Shown here piece after piece: positions 46,038-57,000 of a stretch of 64,000 bases of DNA. The stretch's first letter is position 1. The number at the start of each line of letters is the position of its first letter. The notes under the pieces were generated by a model. That model had not been told where the DNA came from. It searched no databases and saw nothing but the letters and a program-made list of their open reading frames with translations. Origin of the DNA: a virus (Duplodnaviria > Heunggongvirae > Uroviricota > Caudoviricetes); IMG/VR virus record IMGVR_UViG_3300033463_000003. One strand, given 5' to 3'. The position numbers and the translations under genes were made by a program.

Positions 46038-46881
46038 TTTTGATAGAGCTTATAATAAATTAAATTCACTTCATGAAGACTTTAAAACTCAGCGAGAGGT
46101 TAAAGACTTTTTTGGAATTGCTTTAATTGACCTTGTTGAACAATTAATGAAAGCTTTACCAAATACTTCTTGGGAGTTAGTTTCACCAGTTTATGACCCA
46201 GAAATTATTAATGACCCTAAGACTGGCGAGCAAACTATTATAGCTTCAGCTGGAATTCAATGTCTTACAACTGATTTTGATATTCAAAAAGATTTTGATT
46301 TTGATCATCCGATTATGCATCAGGGCTGAGAAGAATATAGGCTTAGAAAAATGAGTCAGACTCTTTTAGATTTAATTAACTATATGTGTGATTTTGAAAA
46401 TCATGGAATTAGCTTAGGTAAATATATTCCAGGAAATTCTGAGCTTGTCATTAAGATCTCCAATATAGATTTTCTTAAAGAGCCATATGCATTTAAGTAT
46501 CTAAATTCACCAAATAATCCAATAAAAGTATCAAAATTTGCGCAAGAATTACTAGTTAAATTTACCGTTACCTTGGCATATAATGAAGTTAATAAAGAGG
46601 CAGCTACTAAAATAACTCCAAAAGATAATATTGCGACATTCCTTACTAAGATGTCTGTTAAAGTTCAAGCTGAACACAATAGTAAACCAAGTCTTAAATT
46701 AACTCCAACTGAAGAGAAAATTAGTAAAGCTTTAGCTGGAATAGAATGAAAAGCAACGTTTAAGGGAGGTGGAATGCCAGATACTCTTAAGGGAGTTGGT
46801 TACACTGAAGACCTTAGTAATAGGCTTAGGCACCCATATATTACAGTTGCTACATTTGATATAGTAGACGACGATATTTAA
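46030..46881 (+). CDS. Late protein, 283 aa (TGA at 46327, 46747)
   Basis: Joins track ORFs 46030 and 46351. Confidence 0.7.
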
Positions 46882-46944
46882 AAATATAATTAAATTACTA
46901 TAGAAAGAGCTGAAAAAGCTCTTTTTTATTGTATAATATTATAT

Positions 46945-47406
46945 ATGGAAATTATTAAATACCCAGACCAAAGATTATATCATATTTCTAAAGAAGTTAG
47001 TTTGCCACTTTCTAAAGAAGATAAAGCTCTTTTAGATGAGATGTATAATTATGTTAAAGAGCATAAAGAAGATGCAGTAGGACTTTCGGCAATTCAAGTC
47101 GGAGTTCCTAAAAGGATGTGTGCTATTAGAAGAACTTTTAATAATAGAGTTTTTAACTATAAATTAGTTAACCCAAAAGTTATTACTCATTCTCCTGATT
47201 ATATTGCGCTTCCAGAAGGTTGTTTATCAGTTGAGGAAAAGCATGAAGAACCTGTCAAAAGATGGAGAACTGTTATGGTTTCAGGTTTTGATGCAATTAC
47301 AGGTAAAAATGTTATAATTAAAGCTGAAGGTTTTGAAGCAAGAATACTCCAACATGAAATTGATCATATGAATGGAATTTTATATACTGAAAGGTTAGAA
47401 AAATAA
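46945..47406 (+). CDS. def: Peptide deformylase
   Basis: GLSAIQVG, EGCLS, QHEIDH motifs. Confidence 0.95.
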   Translation: MEIIKYPDQRLYHISKEVSLPLSKEDKALLDEMYNYVKEHKEDAVGLSAIQVGVPKRMCAIRRTFNNRVFNYKLVNPKVITHSPDYIALPEGCLSVEEKHEEPVKRWRTVMVSGFDAITGKNVIIKAEGFEARILQHEIDHMNGILYTERLEK

Positions 47407-48680
47407 TGTCTGAATTATTATTAGAGTTTAAAGAATTTTTTAATAAAATTACTGCAGAAACTGGACGGAATTATAAAATTTCAGTTTTAGAGGAATATTG
47501 CAAATCTCAAGAGATTTTATATCTTTTAGATTTTATTTATAATCCTTATATTATTACAGGAATTTCTGAGAAAAAACTAAATAGAGTTATTGATAAAAAG
47601 CTACCAAGATTTATTGCTTTTTCTCTAAAAGAAGTCTTAGAATATCTTAAACATTATAATACAGGTCGAGATCAGGATATTGCAACAGTTCAAGATTATA
47701 GAGATAGCGTAGTAGCAGAAGAGGACAAGCCTTTATATAATAGAATAATTACTAAAAATATTCAATTAGGAATTGATGCTAAAACCATTAATAAAGTAAT
47801 TCCAGGGCTAATTCCAGAATTCAATGTTCAATTAAGCAATAAATATTTTGATAAACCAGAAATAGTTGAAGGTAAAGAATTTGCTATTACAACTAAAATT
47901 GACGGGTCAAGAATTATTGCTATGAAAGATAGTGGTAAAGTTAGTTTCTGGACAAGGCAGGGACAGCCTTATGAAGGACTTGTTGATTTAGAAGAAGAGC
48001 TAAAAATAATGCCATTTGACGATTTTATTTTAGATGGTGAAATTATTGCAAAAGAAACAACTAAAGAAGATACGTATAAAAATACTATGAAATTAAGTCG
48101 CACAAAAGACTTAGAAAAACATGGCTTAAAAATGTTAGTATTTGATTACATGCCAATTGCTAATTTTAAGGCTCAAAAATGTCCAATAGCTTATCATACT
48201 CGTAGGGCAGGCTTATCTCTAATGTTTGATTTAGGCTTAAAATTTGATTATTTTGAGTTATTACCATTACTCTATGTTGGTACTGATACCTCTATGATTA
48301 CTAAAATCTTAGAAGAACAGGTAGCTAAAGGTGAAGAAGGTATTATGATTAATATTTGGGAAGCCCCATATGAATTTAAGAGAACAAATAATCTACTTAA
48401 AGTTAAAAAATTCCAAGATACTGAAGTTGAGATTATCGGCTTTGAAGAAGGAACAAATAAATTAGCTGGAACACTTGGCGCATTTGTGTGTAAATATAAA
48501 GACAATGAGGTTAGAGTTGGCTCTGGTTTAACAGATGCTGATAGAGCTTATTTTTGGGCTCATAGAGAAGAGTTTTTAGGTAGGCTTATTACAGTTAAGT
48601 ATTTTGAAACTTCTATTGATTCTAAGACAGGTTTAGAAAGTCTTAGGTTCCCAATTTTTATGCGAGTTAAGGAAGACTAA
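47406..48680 (+). CDS. ATP-dependent DNA ligase
   Basis: KIDGSR, LDGE, VFD, EEGIM, LLKVK, SLRFP. Confidence 0.92.
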   Translation: MSELLLEFKEFFNKITAETGRNYKISVLEEYCKSQEILYLLDFIYNPYIITGISEKKLNRVIDKKLPRFIAFSLKEVLEYLKHYNTGRDQDIATVQDYRDSVVAEEDKPLYNRIITKNIQLGIDAKTINKVIPGLIPEFNVQLSNKYFDKPEIVEGKEFAITTKIDGSRIIAMKDSGKVSFWTRQGQPYEGLVDLEEELKIMPFDDFILDGEIIAKETTKEDTYKNTMKLSRTKDLEKHGLKMLVFDYMPIANFKAQKCPIAYHTRRAGLSLMFDLGLKFDYFELLPLLYVGTDTSMITKILEEQVAKGEEGIMINIWEAPYEFKRTNNLLKVKKFQDTEVEIIGFEEGTNKLAGTLGAFVCKYKDNEVRVGSGLTDADRAYFWAHREEFLGRLITVKYFETSIDSKTGLESLRFPIFMRVKED

Positions 48681-49866
48681 TGTTAGTTACACTAAAATTT
48701 TTAGAAAATGACGTATTATATTGTATAGATCCTCTTGAAGCTGGCTTCAAAATTGAAGACGAGAAGCTAGCTATTTATCAGGAAGGTAAATTTTTAGGCT
48801 ATTTTGCCTCAGTGGTTGGTATAGATGAGGTTGATTTTCTGAAAATAGCAGAAGATAAATTAAAACAGTAAAGGAGATATTTATGGCAAAACAATTAAGC
48901 AGCAAAGTTGAACATTGTCCAAGATGTAGAAAGTTAAAGCCAAAAAATGGCGTTTGCAAGTCTTGTGGTTTTGGAAATATTGCAGCTAAAACTCATGCAG
49001 CTTATACTATTAAGGACCTTGATGCTTCAAAGCTTACTAGTATTAGTATTAATGGAATTATTTTTAAGAGATAATCAGTATGTGTAGTGCAAATAGAGTA
49101 TTAAAAGCTTATTTATTAGATAAATTTGGAATTAAAGTAGCTAGAACTCGCGGTTGTTGCGCTAAGTTTTATACCTTATCTGACCATGGTGAGGTTTTTA
49201 TTGGCCCAGATTGGGGGCCAACAGTAGACAATGATGATTATGGTCCCCTTTTAGCTGGAAAATTATTTAATAAAATTTCTGATATAGTAGATGTTTTAAA
49301 CAAATTTGAAGAGGCAGAGAAAAATGTCAATAAAAGTAATAAAGCACGGAAATAAAGTATTTACAGCAGTTTGTCCAATTTGTGGCTGTGAGTTTGAGTA
49401 TGAAATAGAAGATCTTACTGAAACTGTAGATAAAGAAAGCATTACTTATGGAGCAAAAGTTAGAACTGTTAAATGCCCTGAATGTGGCGAAGTAATTAAA
49501 CATAAAGAATATACTGTAATTAATCCTACTCCATCACCAGTTTATCCAAACTATCCACAAACTCCTTGGACTCCTTGGTATCCTAATAATTGGCCATACA
49601 TTACTTGGACAACAACAACTGATGGGACAGGTAATTTAGATTGTAGTAAATGTCCAAATAGACCTGACCCAAGTAAGCCGCCAGTAGTTGGTGATACGCC
49701 ATGCACTTGGTGCAAAAAGAATGTTCCATATTGCGGGGATGTATTTCCATACGGCTATTCAGGCGGACAGACAAGTGGTAGCTATTCAGCTGACCCAAGA
49801 GAAATTAGAAATTATCAATATATAAATACTAATATTCCAAATAATACTTGTAGTTTTAGAAAATAG
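48680..49866 (+). other. Four small hypothetical genes (48680-48871, 48883-49074 CxxC, 49080-49355, 49324-49866 Zn-ribbon/Pro-rich)
   Basis: Coupled ORFs. Confidence 0.65.
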
Positions 49867-49941
49867 CTTAAAATTCATAACAAAAACCTCCAATTTGGGG
49901 GTTTTTTATTGTATAATAATATAGTAGTGAGGTATAAACTT

Positions 49942-50979
49942 ATGACAAAAAATCCATTAACAGGCATTGCAAACTTCTATGAACAATGTGTAAAAGAGCA
50001 AGATGCAAAAGGTTTTTCTGAACTTTATAAAAAAGCAACTAAGCTTTTATTTAAAAGAATTAAAAAAGAATTAAACTTAGATTTACATTTTGAAGATGTT
50101 CAATATTTAGATGGCTATTTTATTTTTGGACATGGAACAAACTCAGTTGTGCATTTTCATATTAAAGAAGCACCTGGTTGGAAAGGTGGCATTTGGTGGA
50201 GCCCAATTGCAACTGAAGAGACAAAAGATAAAAAGAACCCAACTTATGAGACTGATAAATTAGACTGTGATTTATTTTTCCAATATGAGGAAGAGATAGA
50301 TAAGTTTAAACCATCTGCCTCTACATTTGGTGGTAGTTTTGATTTTTACTTTGAAGATGGCTGTTTTGATAGTGGATTTATGAATGCTTATGAAGATTTA
50401 CAATTTATTATTAAAGAACCCTATTTAGCATTTTATAGAGAAATGCACTATGCCAACTTTAACCATGAATATGTAAGTAGAGAGTCAGCAAAAAGATACT
50501 GGAATAGACACTGGAAAGCTAGAGCTGAAGAAAAAGCTAGAGACAAACTAAATGTTAAAGCTATGTATGAAACTGTTAAATATATTATTAGACCTATGGT
50601 TGAAGATGGCGATGCATTTATTTATGACAGAGGTAGTTGTATTTCACCAAGATATGAAATTGTTATTAAGAATATAAAACTTGCTGATGGAAAACCATTA
50701 GTTGATAAAGAAGGCTGTTATGGACTCTTTGGATTGGGCGACTACCCAGATAAAAAGAATGATGAAAAACTCTGGAAGAAAACTGAAAAAGAATGTGCAA
50801 AACGTGATAAATGTGATTTTTATTTTGATAATCAATTCTCAGATAGCTGCATAATTAGAAATACTGCTGGCTATAATAAGTGGCTAAAAGAAGCTATTCA
50901 AGAGAATGCTGCTTTATTCTATAGAAAAGAAGATAAAACAATATTTGATGGTGAAGTAAAATCTCGTTGGGAAGACTAA
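49942..50979 (+). CDS. Hypothetical protein
   Basis: RBS GAGGT; start corrected. Confidence 0.75.
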   Translation: MTKNPLTGIANFYEQCVKEQDAKGFSELYKKATKLLFKRIKKELNLDLHFEDVQYLDGYFIFGHGTNSVVHFHIKEAPGWKGGIWWSPIATEETKDKKNPTYETDKLDCDLFFQYEEEIDKFKPSASTFGGSFDFYFEDGCFDSGFMNAYEDLQFIIKEPYLAFYREMHYANFNHEYVSRESAKRYWNRHWKARAEEKARDKLNVKAMYETVKYIIRPMVEDGDAFIYDRGSCISPRYEIVIKNIKLADGKPLVDKEGCYGLFGLGDYPDKKNDEKLWKKTEKECAKRDKCDFYFDNQFSDSCIIRNTAGYNKWLKEAIQENAALFYRKEDKTIFDGEVKSRWED

Positions 50980-50980
50980 A

Positions 50981-52474
50981 ATGTATAAAGTAAAAAAAGA
51001 ATTTGATCAACTTAAACCAATTATTTATCCTGAGACAACAAATCAAGTAGATAATTCTCAACTTCAACTTGGAGTTGATAATAGACTTTACAGAAGCTTG
51101 TTTCGGATTTTTGATGCTTTCTGGATTTATGCTAAGAAAGAATTATTTTTAGTTGGCGGTTGTGTCAGAGACTTACTTTTAAATAGACAGCCAAAAGATT
51201 ATGACTTAACAACAAATGCAACTCCAGAAGAAGTTAAAAAGATTTGTATTGCTTTAGGTCTTAAAACTTTTGATTCAGGAATTAAGCATGGAACTATTAC
51301 TATTTTAGATGAGTTTTATGGCCAAAGTTATGAAATTACGACTTACAGAGTCGATGGCAAATATACAGATGGAAGGCATCCAGATTCAGTTGAGTTTGTA
51401 AGCAGCTTAAAAGAAGATTTAAAGCGTCGTGATTTCACAATTAATTCATTTGCTTATGATTTGCTTAAACAAGAATTATTGGCCCTTGATGAGTCTTATT
51501 TAAAAGATTTAGAATTTGGAATTATTAGAACAGTTGGGGACCCGGCTGAGAGATATGAAGAAGATGCTTTAAGAATGCTCAGAGCAATTAGATTTAGTGC
51601 TCAGCTTAATTTTAGTATTGAAAAGTATACTTATTCTGCAATTAAAATGTGCGCTCCTCTTTTAGCTAAAGTTTCTAAAGAAAGAATTAGAGACGAATTA
51701 ACAAAAATTATTATGTCAGATACCCCTGAAGTATTAGAGCTTGCTGCAATTACAAGACTTGAGGATTATTTTGGCAATTTTGAGCACTCATATTTAGCTT
51801 GTATGCTAGATTGTGAGCACCAAAATCCATGGCACTATACAGATGTTTTCCACCATACTTTAGATGTAGTAAAAAGAGTCCCTAAGATTTTTGAAGTTCG
51901 CTGGGCTGCTTTACTTCACGATATTGGAAAGCCTTATGTTAAAAAGCTTAAAGAAGGAACAGTAGATCAGTATGTTTATTATGGTCATCCTGAAAAGTCT
52001 GCTGAAATTGCACTTACTATTATGGATACTTTAAAATTTTCAAATGATCAAAAAGATTTAATTTATAAATTTATTAAATACCATGATGACTCTTTAGATA
52101 CTGTTAAAAATTCTACTTTCAAAAGAGTTGTTACAGATATTGGAAAAGAAAACTTCCCACTTTTTATGAAGCTTAGACTTGCTGATGCAATGTCTCATAA
52201 ATTAAGCCAAGGAACTATTTATGCAGTTGATGCAGTAAGTAATGTTTATGACAGGTTTAAAGAGATTTTAGATAATGATGAAGCAATGACTATTAAGGAT
52301 CTTGCTATAAATGGAAATGATATCCTTGCTGATGGTTTCTTAGAAGGTCCTGAAATTGGAGACTGCTTAAAGTGGATGCTAAATCTTGTTTTAGAGCACC
52401 CAGAATATAATAATAGAGAAAAACTATTAGAATTATTAGAAATTTTTAAAGAAATGTCATTTCAGTCAAGTTAA
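50981..52474 (+). CDS. cca: CCA-adding tRNA nucleotidyltransferase with HD domain
   Basis: VGGCVRD, DYD, RRDFTIN, EDALRMLRAIRF, ERI, LLHDIGKP. Confidence 0.92.
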   Translation: MYKVKKEFDQLKPIIYPETTNQVDNSQLQLGVDNRLYRSLFRIFDAFWIYAKKELFLVGGCVRDLLLNRQPKDYDLTTNATPEEVKKICIALGLKTFDSGIKHGTITILDEFYGQSYEITTYRVDGKYTDGRHPDSVEFVSSLKEDLKRRDFTINSFAYDLLKQELLALDESYLKDLEFGIIRTVGDPAERYEEDALRMLRAIRFSAQLNFSIEKYTYSAIKMCAPLLAKVSKERIRDELTKIIMSDTPEVLELAAITRLEDYFGNFEHSYLACMLDCEHQNPWHYTDVFHHTLDVVKRVPKIFEVRWAALLHDIGKPYVKKLKEGTVDQYVYYGHPEKSAEIALTIMDTLKFSNDQKDLIYKFIKYHDDSLDTVKNSTFKRVVTDIGKENFPLFMKLRLADAMSHKLSQGTIYAVDAVSNVYDRFKEILDNDEAMTIKDLAINGNDILADGFLEGPEIGDCLKWMLNLVLEHPEYNNREKLLELLEIFKEMSFQSS

Positions 52475-52490
52475 TATTGTATAATATAAT

Positions 52491-53618
52491 ATGGAAAAAG
52501 AAAAGATTTTTATTAACCACATTGATAAATACGACCCAATGCAAAATATTAATTTTATAGAAGAGGATCAAAAGAAGTTCTTAGAAGCTTTAGCAAACCC
52601 AGCTGAGCCAAACAAAGCTCTTAAAGATTTGATGTCTCCTATGTATAATATGATTGCTGATGAAGATGAATTGCATTGGTTTTTTGATCATGTATTAGCA
52701 GCTCCAGCAGTTAATGAAAGTTATTCTGCTGTTTTTGTTAGTCGTCATAAAAAGCTCACAAAAGAAGAACAAGAAGAAATTGGTCTTACAAGAAAAGAAG
52801 CAGAATTTTTAGCAACTCAAACATTTAGAGTTAAGGGTTTCAAAAATGCAGAAACTTGGGATGAAGATAATGCTTGGACTTTTGATAATTTTTTAAAGAG
52901 AGTCAGAAGATTTAATGTAGACAAATATGCTTATACTACTTCTAAAGGCGAGCCAATTCCTACAAAAACTCTAGCAGTTATTTTTTATGTAAACCCTTGT
53001 GATGATACTAAAGTTGTTAGAGAATTTGTTAATAAGTATTTAGATACTCAACAAGCAGTTGCAAAAGGGCTTTTATCAGGACATACCTCAACAGATTTAA
53101 TTCAACAATATCAGTGGTATGGAAATGCTGAGTCTACAATTAAGCATTTAAAAGCTAACCAAAAAGGAACTAAATATTGGATGGACTTTGATATCGATGT
53201 TCCTGCTTGGTTTAAAAATGCTCACTTAGAAAAAGTTGGAGTGCATGATTATGCTCATAATGATGCTTGGCAAGGTAAAAGTGGATATGAATCTTATATG
53301 AGATTTTATCTTAAATTAAAAGAAGAATTAAATAATACTTTTGGTAAAGGTAACTATGTTATTATTGATACAAGTGGTGGTTATCATGTTCTAGTTAAGA
53401 CTTCTGTTATTAAATCAAACCCTCATGATTTCTGTAAAAAGGTTGAGACTATCTACAAAGAAGGTTTAAAATTAGGTTTTTCAGAATATTTAGATGAAAA
53501 AGGTAATTGTAAATTTGAATGTATTGTTAATGATTCTCAAATTCCAGGATTACCTCTTCCAGGTACTTACCAATATAATAGACCTGTTACAGTTCTTAAT
53601 AAGGAGGACTTTGAATAA
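52491..53618 (+). CDS. Archaeo-eukaryotic primase (PrimPol)-like protein
   Basis: MDFDID motif I, TSGGYH motif II, LPLPGT. Confidence 0.6.
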   Translation: MEKEKIFINHIDKYDPMQNINFIEEDQKKFLEALANPAEPNKALKDLMSPMYNMIADEDELHWFFDHVLAAPAVNESYSAVFVSRHKKLTKEEQEEIGLTRKEAEFLATQTFRVKGFKNAETWDEDNAWTFDNFLKRVRRFNVDKYAYTTSKGEPIPTKTLAVIFYVNPCDDTKVVREFVNKYLDTQQAVAKGLLSGHTSTDLIQQYQWYGNAESTIKHLKANQKGTKYWMDFDIDVPAWFKNAHLEKVGVHDYAHNDAWQGKSGYESYMRFYLKLKEELNNTFGKGNYVIIDTSGGYHVLVKTSVIKSNPHDFCKKVETIYKEGLKLGFSEYLDEKGNCKFECIVNDSQIPGLPLPGTYQYNRPVTVLNKEDFE

Positions 53619-53818
53619 TGGAGAAACAAAAAGTTGAAAGCTTAATTATTAATAATGAAACTATTAAACTGCCCTTTCCAGTAGAAATTATACCTTATTG
53701 CGACAACTCAGGAACTATTGGTAGTATACAACATACATATGTTATTCAAATGACACAAGTAGTAGTAGAGCTTATTAAAGGTTTTATGGAAAGAATGGAT
53801 AAGGGAGATTTTAAATAA
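53618..53818 (+). CDS. Hypothetical protein
   Basis: Coupled start. Confidence 0.6.
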   Translation: MEKQKVESLIINNETIKLPFPVEIIPYCDNSGTIGSIQHTYVIQMTQVVVELIKGFMERMDKGDFK

Positions 53819-54219
53819 TGAATATTACTTGGATTATTGCTTTATTAGTGTTTATGATATTTGCCCATCTTGCAGATGATTATTACTTACAAGGTTGGCT
53901 TGCTTCTGCTAAACAAAAAAAGTGGTGGGAGAAAAATGCTCCAGATAATCTATATAAAAATGATTATCTTATGGCTTTATTATGTCATGCTCTTTCTTGG
54001 TCTATTATGACATTCTTACCTATTCTTATTTACAGTTTATGTAATAATATAAATTTAAATTGGTTTTATTTAGCAATTCCAATTAATCTAGCTATTCATG
54101 CAGTAGTGGATGATTTAAAAGCTAATAAACTTAAAATAAATTTAGTAATTGATCAGAGTATTCATTTTATTCAAATTATTATTACATGGATTACTTTTAT
54201 ACTTATTTATTATAACTAA
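53818..54219 (+). CDS. DUF3307-like membrane protein
   Basis: H..DDY.LQ...A..K, H..VD..K, DQ..H. Confidence 0.75.
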   Translation: MNITWIIALLVFMIFAHLADDYYLQGWLASAKQKKWWEKNAPDNLYKNDYLMALLCHALSWSIMTFLPILIYSLCNNINLNWFYLAIPINLAIHAVVDDLKANKLKINLVIDQSIHFIQIIITWITFILIYYN

Positions 54220-54233
54220 GGAGATTTTGAATA

Positions 54234-56452
54234 ATGCAAGAAAATAATGTTAAAGTTCATTCTGAATTGTCTATCCCATTTGGCACGCTTAGCTGGATAG
54301 CTTGGGTAGTTTTTATGATTATGGATTATGGCTGTCATATGGACTGGATTACAAATGCTAATAATGCAGTTAAAGCTGGCGGGCATTTCTGGACCTGGTT
54401 TCCATTCTGGCTTCCATTTGCTTTATTTGGAGTGCTTTTAATCTTTTCAGCAATTGTATTTGTAATTGCTATTACTATAGATAATAATTAGGAGAGATTT
54501 ATGAGTAGATTTAAAGTTGGACAAAAAGTTTATTTTTATCAAATTACTGGAGAATATTTAGGAACAATTATTGAAGGTACTATTAAAAAAATAGTTAAAG
54601 ACTTAGGTACCGGAGAAGTAACCTATTCTTTAAATATTCCATCTCATCCTCTTTGGCTTTGGAATTATAATGCAGAGCATTTAGTAGAGCTTAAGGAAGA
54701 AAATCTCTATTCAAGCAGAAAAAAGATTGAAAAAGAATATAAAGATGAAATTGTTTATAATACTTTAAAAGAAAAAATAGATAGATTACAATCTGTTTTA
54801 TTTGATGTAAAAACTGAGCTTCAAAAAGATATCCATAAAGATTTTACTGGAATGACTTTAAATATTACGGGTGAAAAAGCTTTTAGTACTATTTGTCTTA
54901 ATTCAGAAGATGTAGTTATTTCAGGTCTTGGCTCTGTTAAAGAAAAAGTAGAAGAGCTTGAAAAAGAAATTAAAGCTATTAAGAAAAAAATTAAACCAAA
55001 AACTAAAAAGCCAGTAGTCAAAAAAGAAGAAAAAACTGAAGAAGAAATTACTTTAGATAAAGCTGAGGAAACAAAATAATGCAAGATATTGTTATTAATT
55101 TTTCAATGCTTGAAAAAACTCTATCAAAAGTAGTTGAAAAAAGCTATGGTCATATGGGAGGAGCTTATTTAGTTATTGAAGAAATTAGAATTCAAACTGA
55201 AGAAATTGACCCAGCTATAAAAGATAATTTTAATTTTGATTATATTATCGTTGGCAGATACGGCGTAGAAGATAAAAATAAAGATATTCATTTTGAGTTA
55301 TTTGCAAACTCAGCCTGGGATTATAATTTCTTAGCAGGTTATTTTGCAAGAATTATTGATGAAAAAGACGAAAATGAGTAGAGTAAAAGCACCTAATACA
55401 GATCATTCATACTTTAGAGCTGCAGAGAGATGTGGCTGGAGCCGAAAAAAAGCTCGTGAAATGATGAAAGAAGCTCAAAGAAGGGGAAAAGCTTATGCTA
55501 ATATAAAAAACCCCGAAATAAGCAAATTTATAGCTATTAAACAAGGCAATCAGAGTAGACGAGTTAAATATTATATGGGCTATGTTTTTGTTTTTGCTTC
55601 TACTAGTACAAGATGTATAACTGTGTATCCACTTCCTAAGGGATTACTTGAGGAAAATGAAGAAAATGTTTCTAATAATGTATTATAAATACAGAGGTAG
55701 TTGTTATGGATACTTTAGAAATATTTAAGAATGAATTTTTTATTAGTTTGCAGCGAGAACTTGAGGCCAAGCAAGAATATCTAGCTGGGGTCTTGAACCC
55801 AAATGAATATTTAATTTGTAAAGTAGAAATTGATTTGTTGCAAAAAGTAATAGATAGATATGTTCATTATTTAGAGGAAAAGAGACATGTCAGAGAAGAA
55901 ACCAGTAATAGCAAGTAAAGATAAATTAGCTGATTTAATTATTATTTTAGAAAATGATTTACCTAAACTTCAGTATGATGAAAGTTTCCAATATCATGAA
56001 CCTTCTTATTATAATTATGTAACCTATTATGAAGAACTAGTTGAGACTTTATTAGGTCTTGGTGGAAAAGATAGCTTAAATTTATTTGGAGCTTATTTAG
56101 TTGGATTATTAGCTTATCAAGTAATGGAATTAAAAACTCCACTTTATATGGTAGTTCAAATGATTATTGATGAGCTTAAAAATAAAATTAATTGGTTTGA
56201 AGGAACAACTACTAAAAAACCTGCAGAAGCTGAAGAAAAAGAAGATGATAAAAAATTTGATGCCTAGGAGTAGATATGCCAAAACAACATTTTGAAGATA
56301 ATTATTATTTTATTACAGATGACTTAGGAAATGAAATTTTTAGAGTTTCTTTAGATGAATCAGTTGGCGGAGACCAGGTAGTAATCTCAACTCCAAATGA
56401 AGTATATGCAGGCCCAATTTCACTTATTTCATTTAGTTCAGAGCTAAAATAA
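54234..56452 (+). other. Operon of hypothetical genes (54234-54491 membrane, 54501-55079, 55079-55381, 55374-55688, 55706-55918, 55887-56267, 56276-56452)
   Basis: Coupled ORFs with RBSs. Confidence 0.7.
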
Positions 56453-56486
56453 TGTATAATATATTGTAGATTTACGAATCTACCTA

Positions 56487-56777
56487 AGGGGCGTAAGTTA
56501 TGTAGTAGACCCGCGGTCTTCAACCTCGAAAGTTGCTAACTGACGAAACTGGTGCCTTATGGTGGAAACATTATAAGTGTAGGTGATGATATCGGTGAAC
56601 CCTGTCAAATGGGAATACCGAGGGAATGAGAAATCAGCCCGTAGAGAGTAGATAATCACCCAGCTAAACAGAAATGCATGCTGAAGATGTACTCCAGACC
56701 ACAAAACGGAAGTGTAGTGAAAGCTATAGTGGTAAGCAAAACCGGGAAACAGCGTGCAAGCCGCTGCACCCCTGCCA
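56487..56777 (+). tRNA. tRNA-Trp(UCA), UGA-decoding, split by an intron (exons 56487-56520 and 56737-56777)
   Basis: Spliced 75 nt: acceptor AGGGGCG/CACCCCT, discriminator G, CCA; anticodon arm CGGT-CTTCAAA-ACCG; T arm CAGCG-TGCAAGC-CGCTG; body resembles bacterial tRNA-Trp. Confidence 0.85.
56521..56736 (+). mobile_element. Compact group I intron, 216 nt, no ORF
   Basis: P3 GGTGAT/ATCACC, P4 TCGGT/ACCGA, R GTAGAGAGTA, S AAGATGTACTCC (P7 GAGTA/TACTC), exon ends in U, intron ends in G. Confidence 0.85.
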
Positions 56778-56783
56778 TCTAAT

Positions 56784-56815
56784 GCAGCACAAAATAATAC
56801 ATTGTGCTGCTTTTT
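56784..56815 (+). terminator. Terminator after tRNA-Trp
   Basis: GCAGCACAA...TTGTGCTGC plus TTTTT. Confidence 0.8.
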
Positions 56816-56849
56816 ATTTGCTAAATTAAAGTGAAAGGATATTTTGTTT

Positions 56850-56999
56850 ATGCAGAAAAAAGAAGTTAAGTTAGAAGTTAGAGTTACACAAGATACATAT
56901 GAAAAGCTTAAGGCTTTAGCAATAGCAGATGAGAGCTCTTGTAGTGCTGTAGTTAGAAAAGCTATTAAAAAGCTTTTAGAAGGCTTGGAGGCAAAGTAG
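56850..56999 (+). CDS. Ribbon-helix-helix (CopG-like) protein, 49 aa
   Basis: LEVRV....YEKLKALA......SAVVRKAI; late motif and RBS. Confidence 0.7.
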   Translation: MQKKEVKLEVRVTQDTYEKLKALAIADESSCSAVVRKAIKKLLEGLEAK

Positions 57000-57000
57000 T

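Noticed and set aside
56487-56777. tRNA-Sec / selenocysteine reading of TGA
   Set aside because: Short variable loop, 7-bp acceptor stem and Trp-like body; TGAs align with Trp, not Cys
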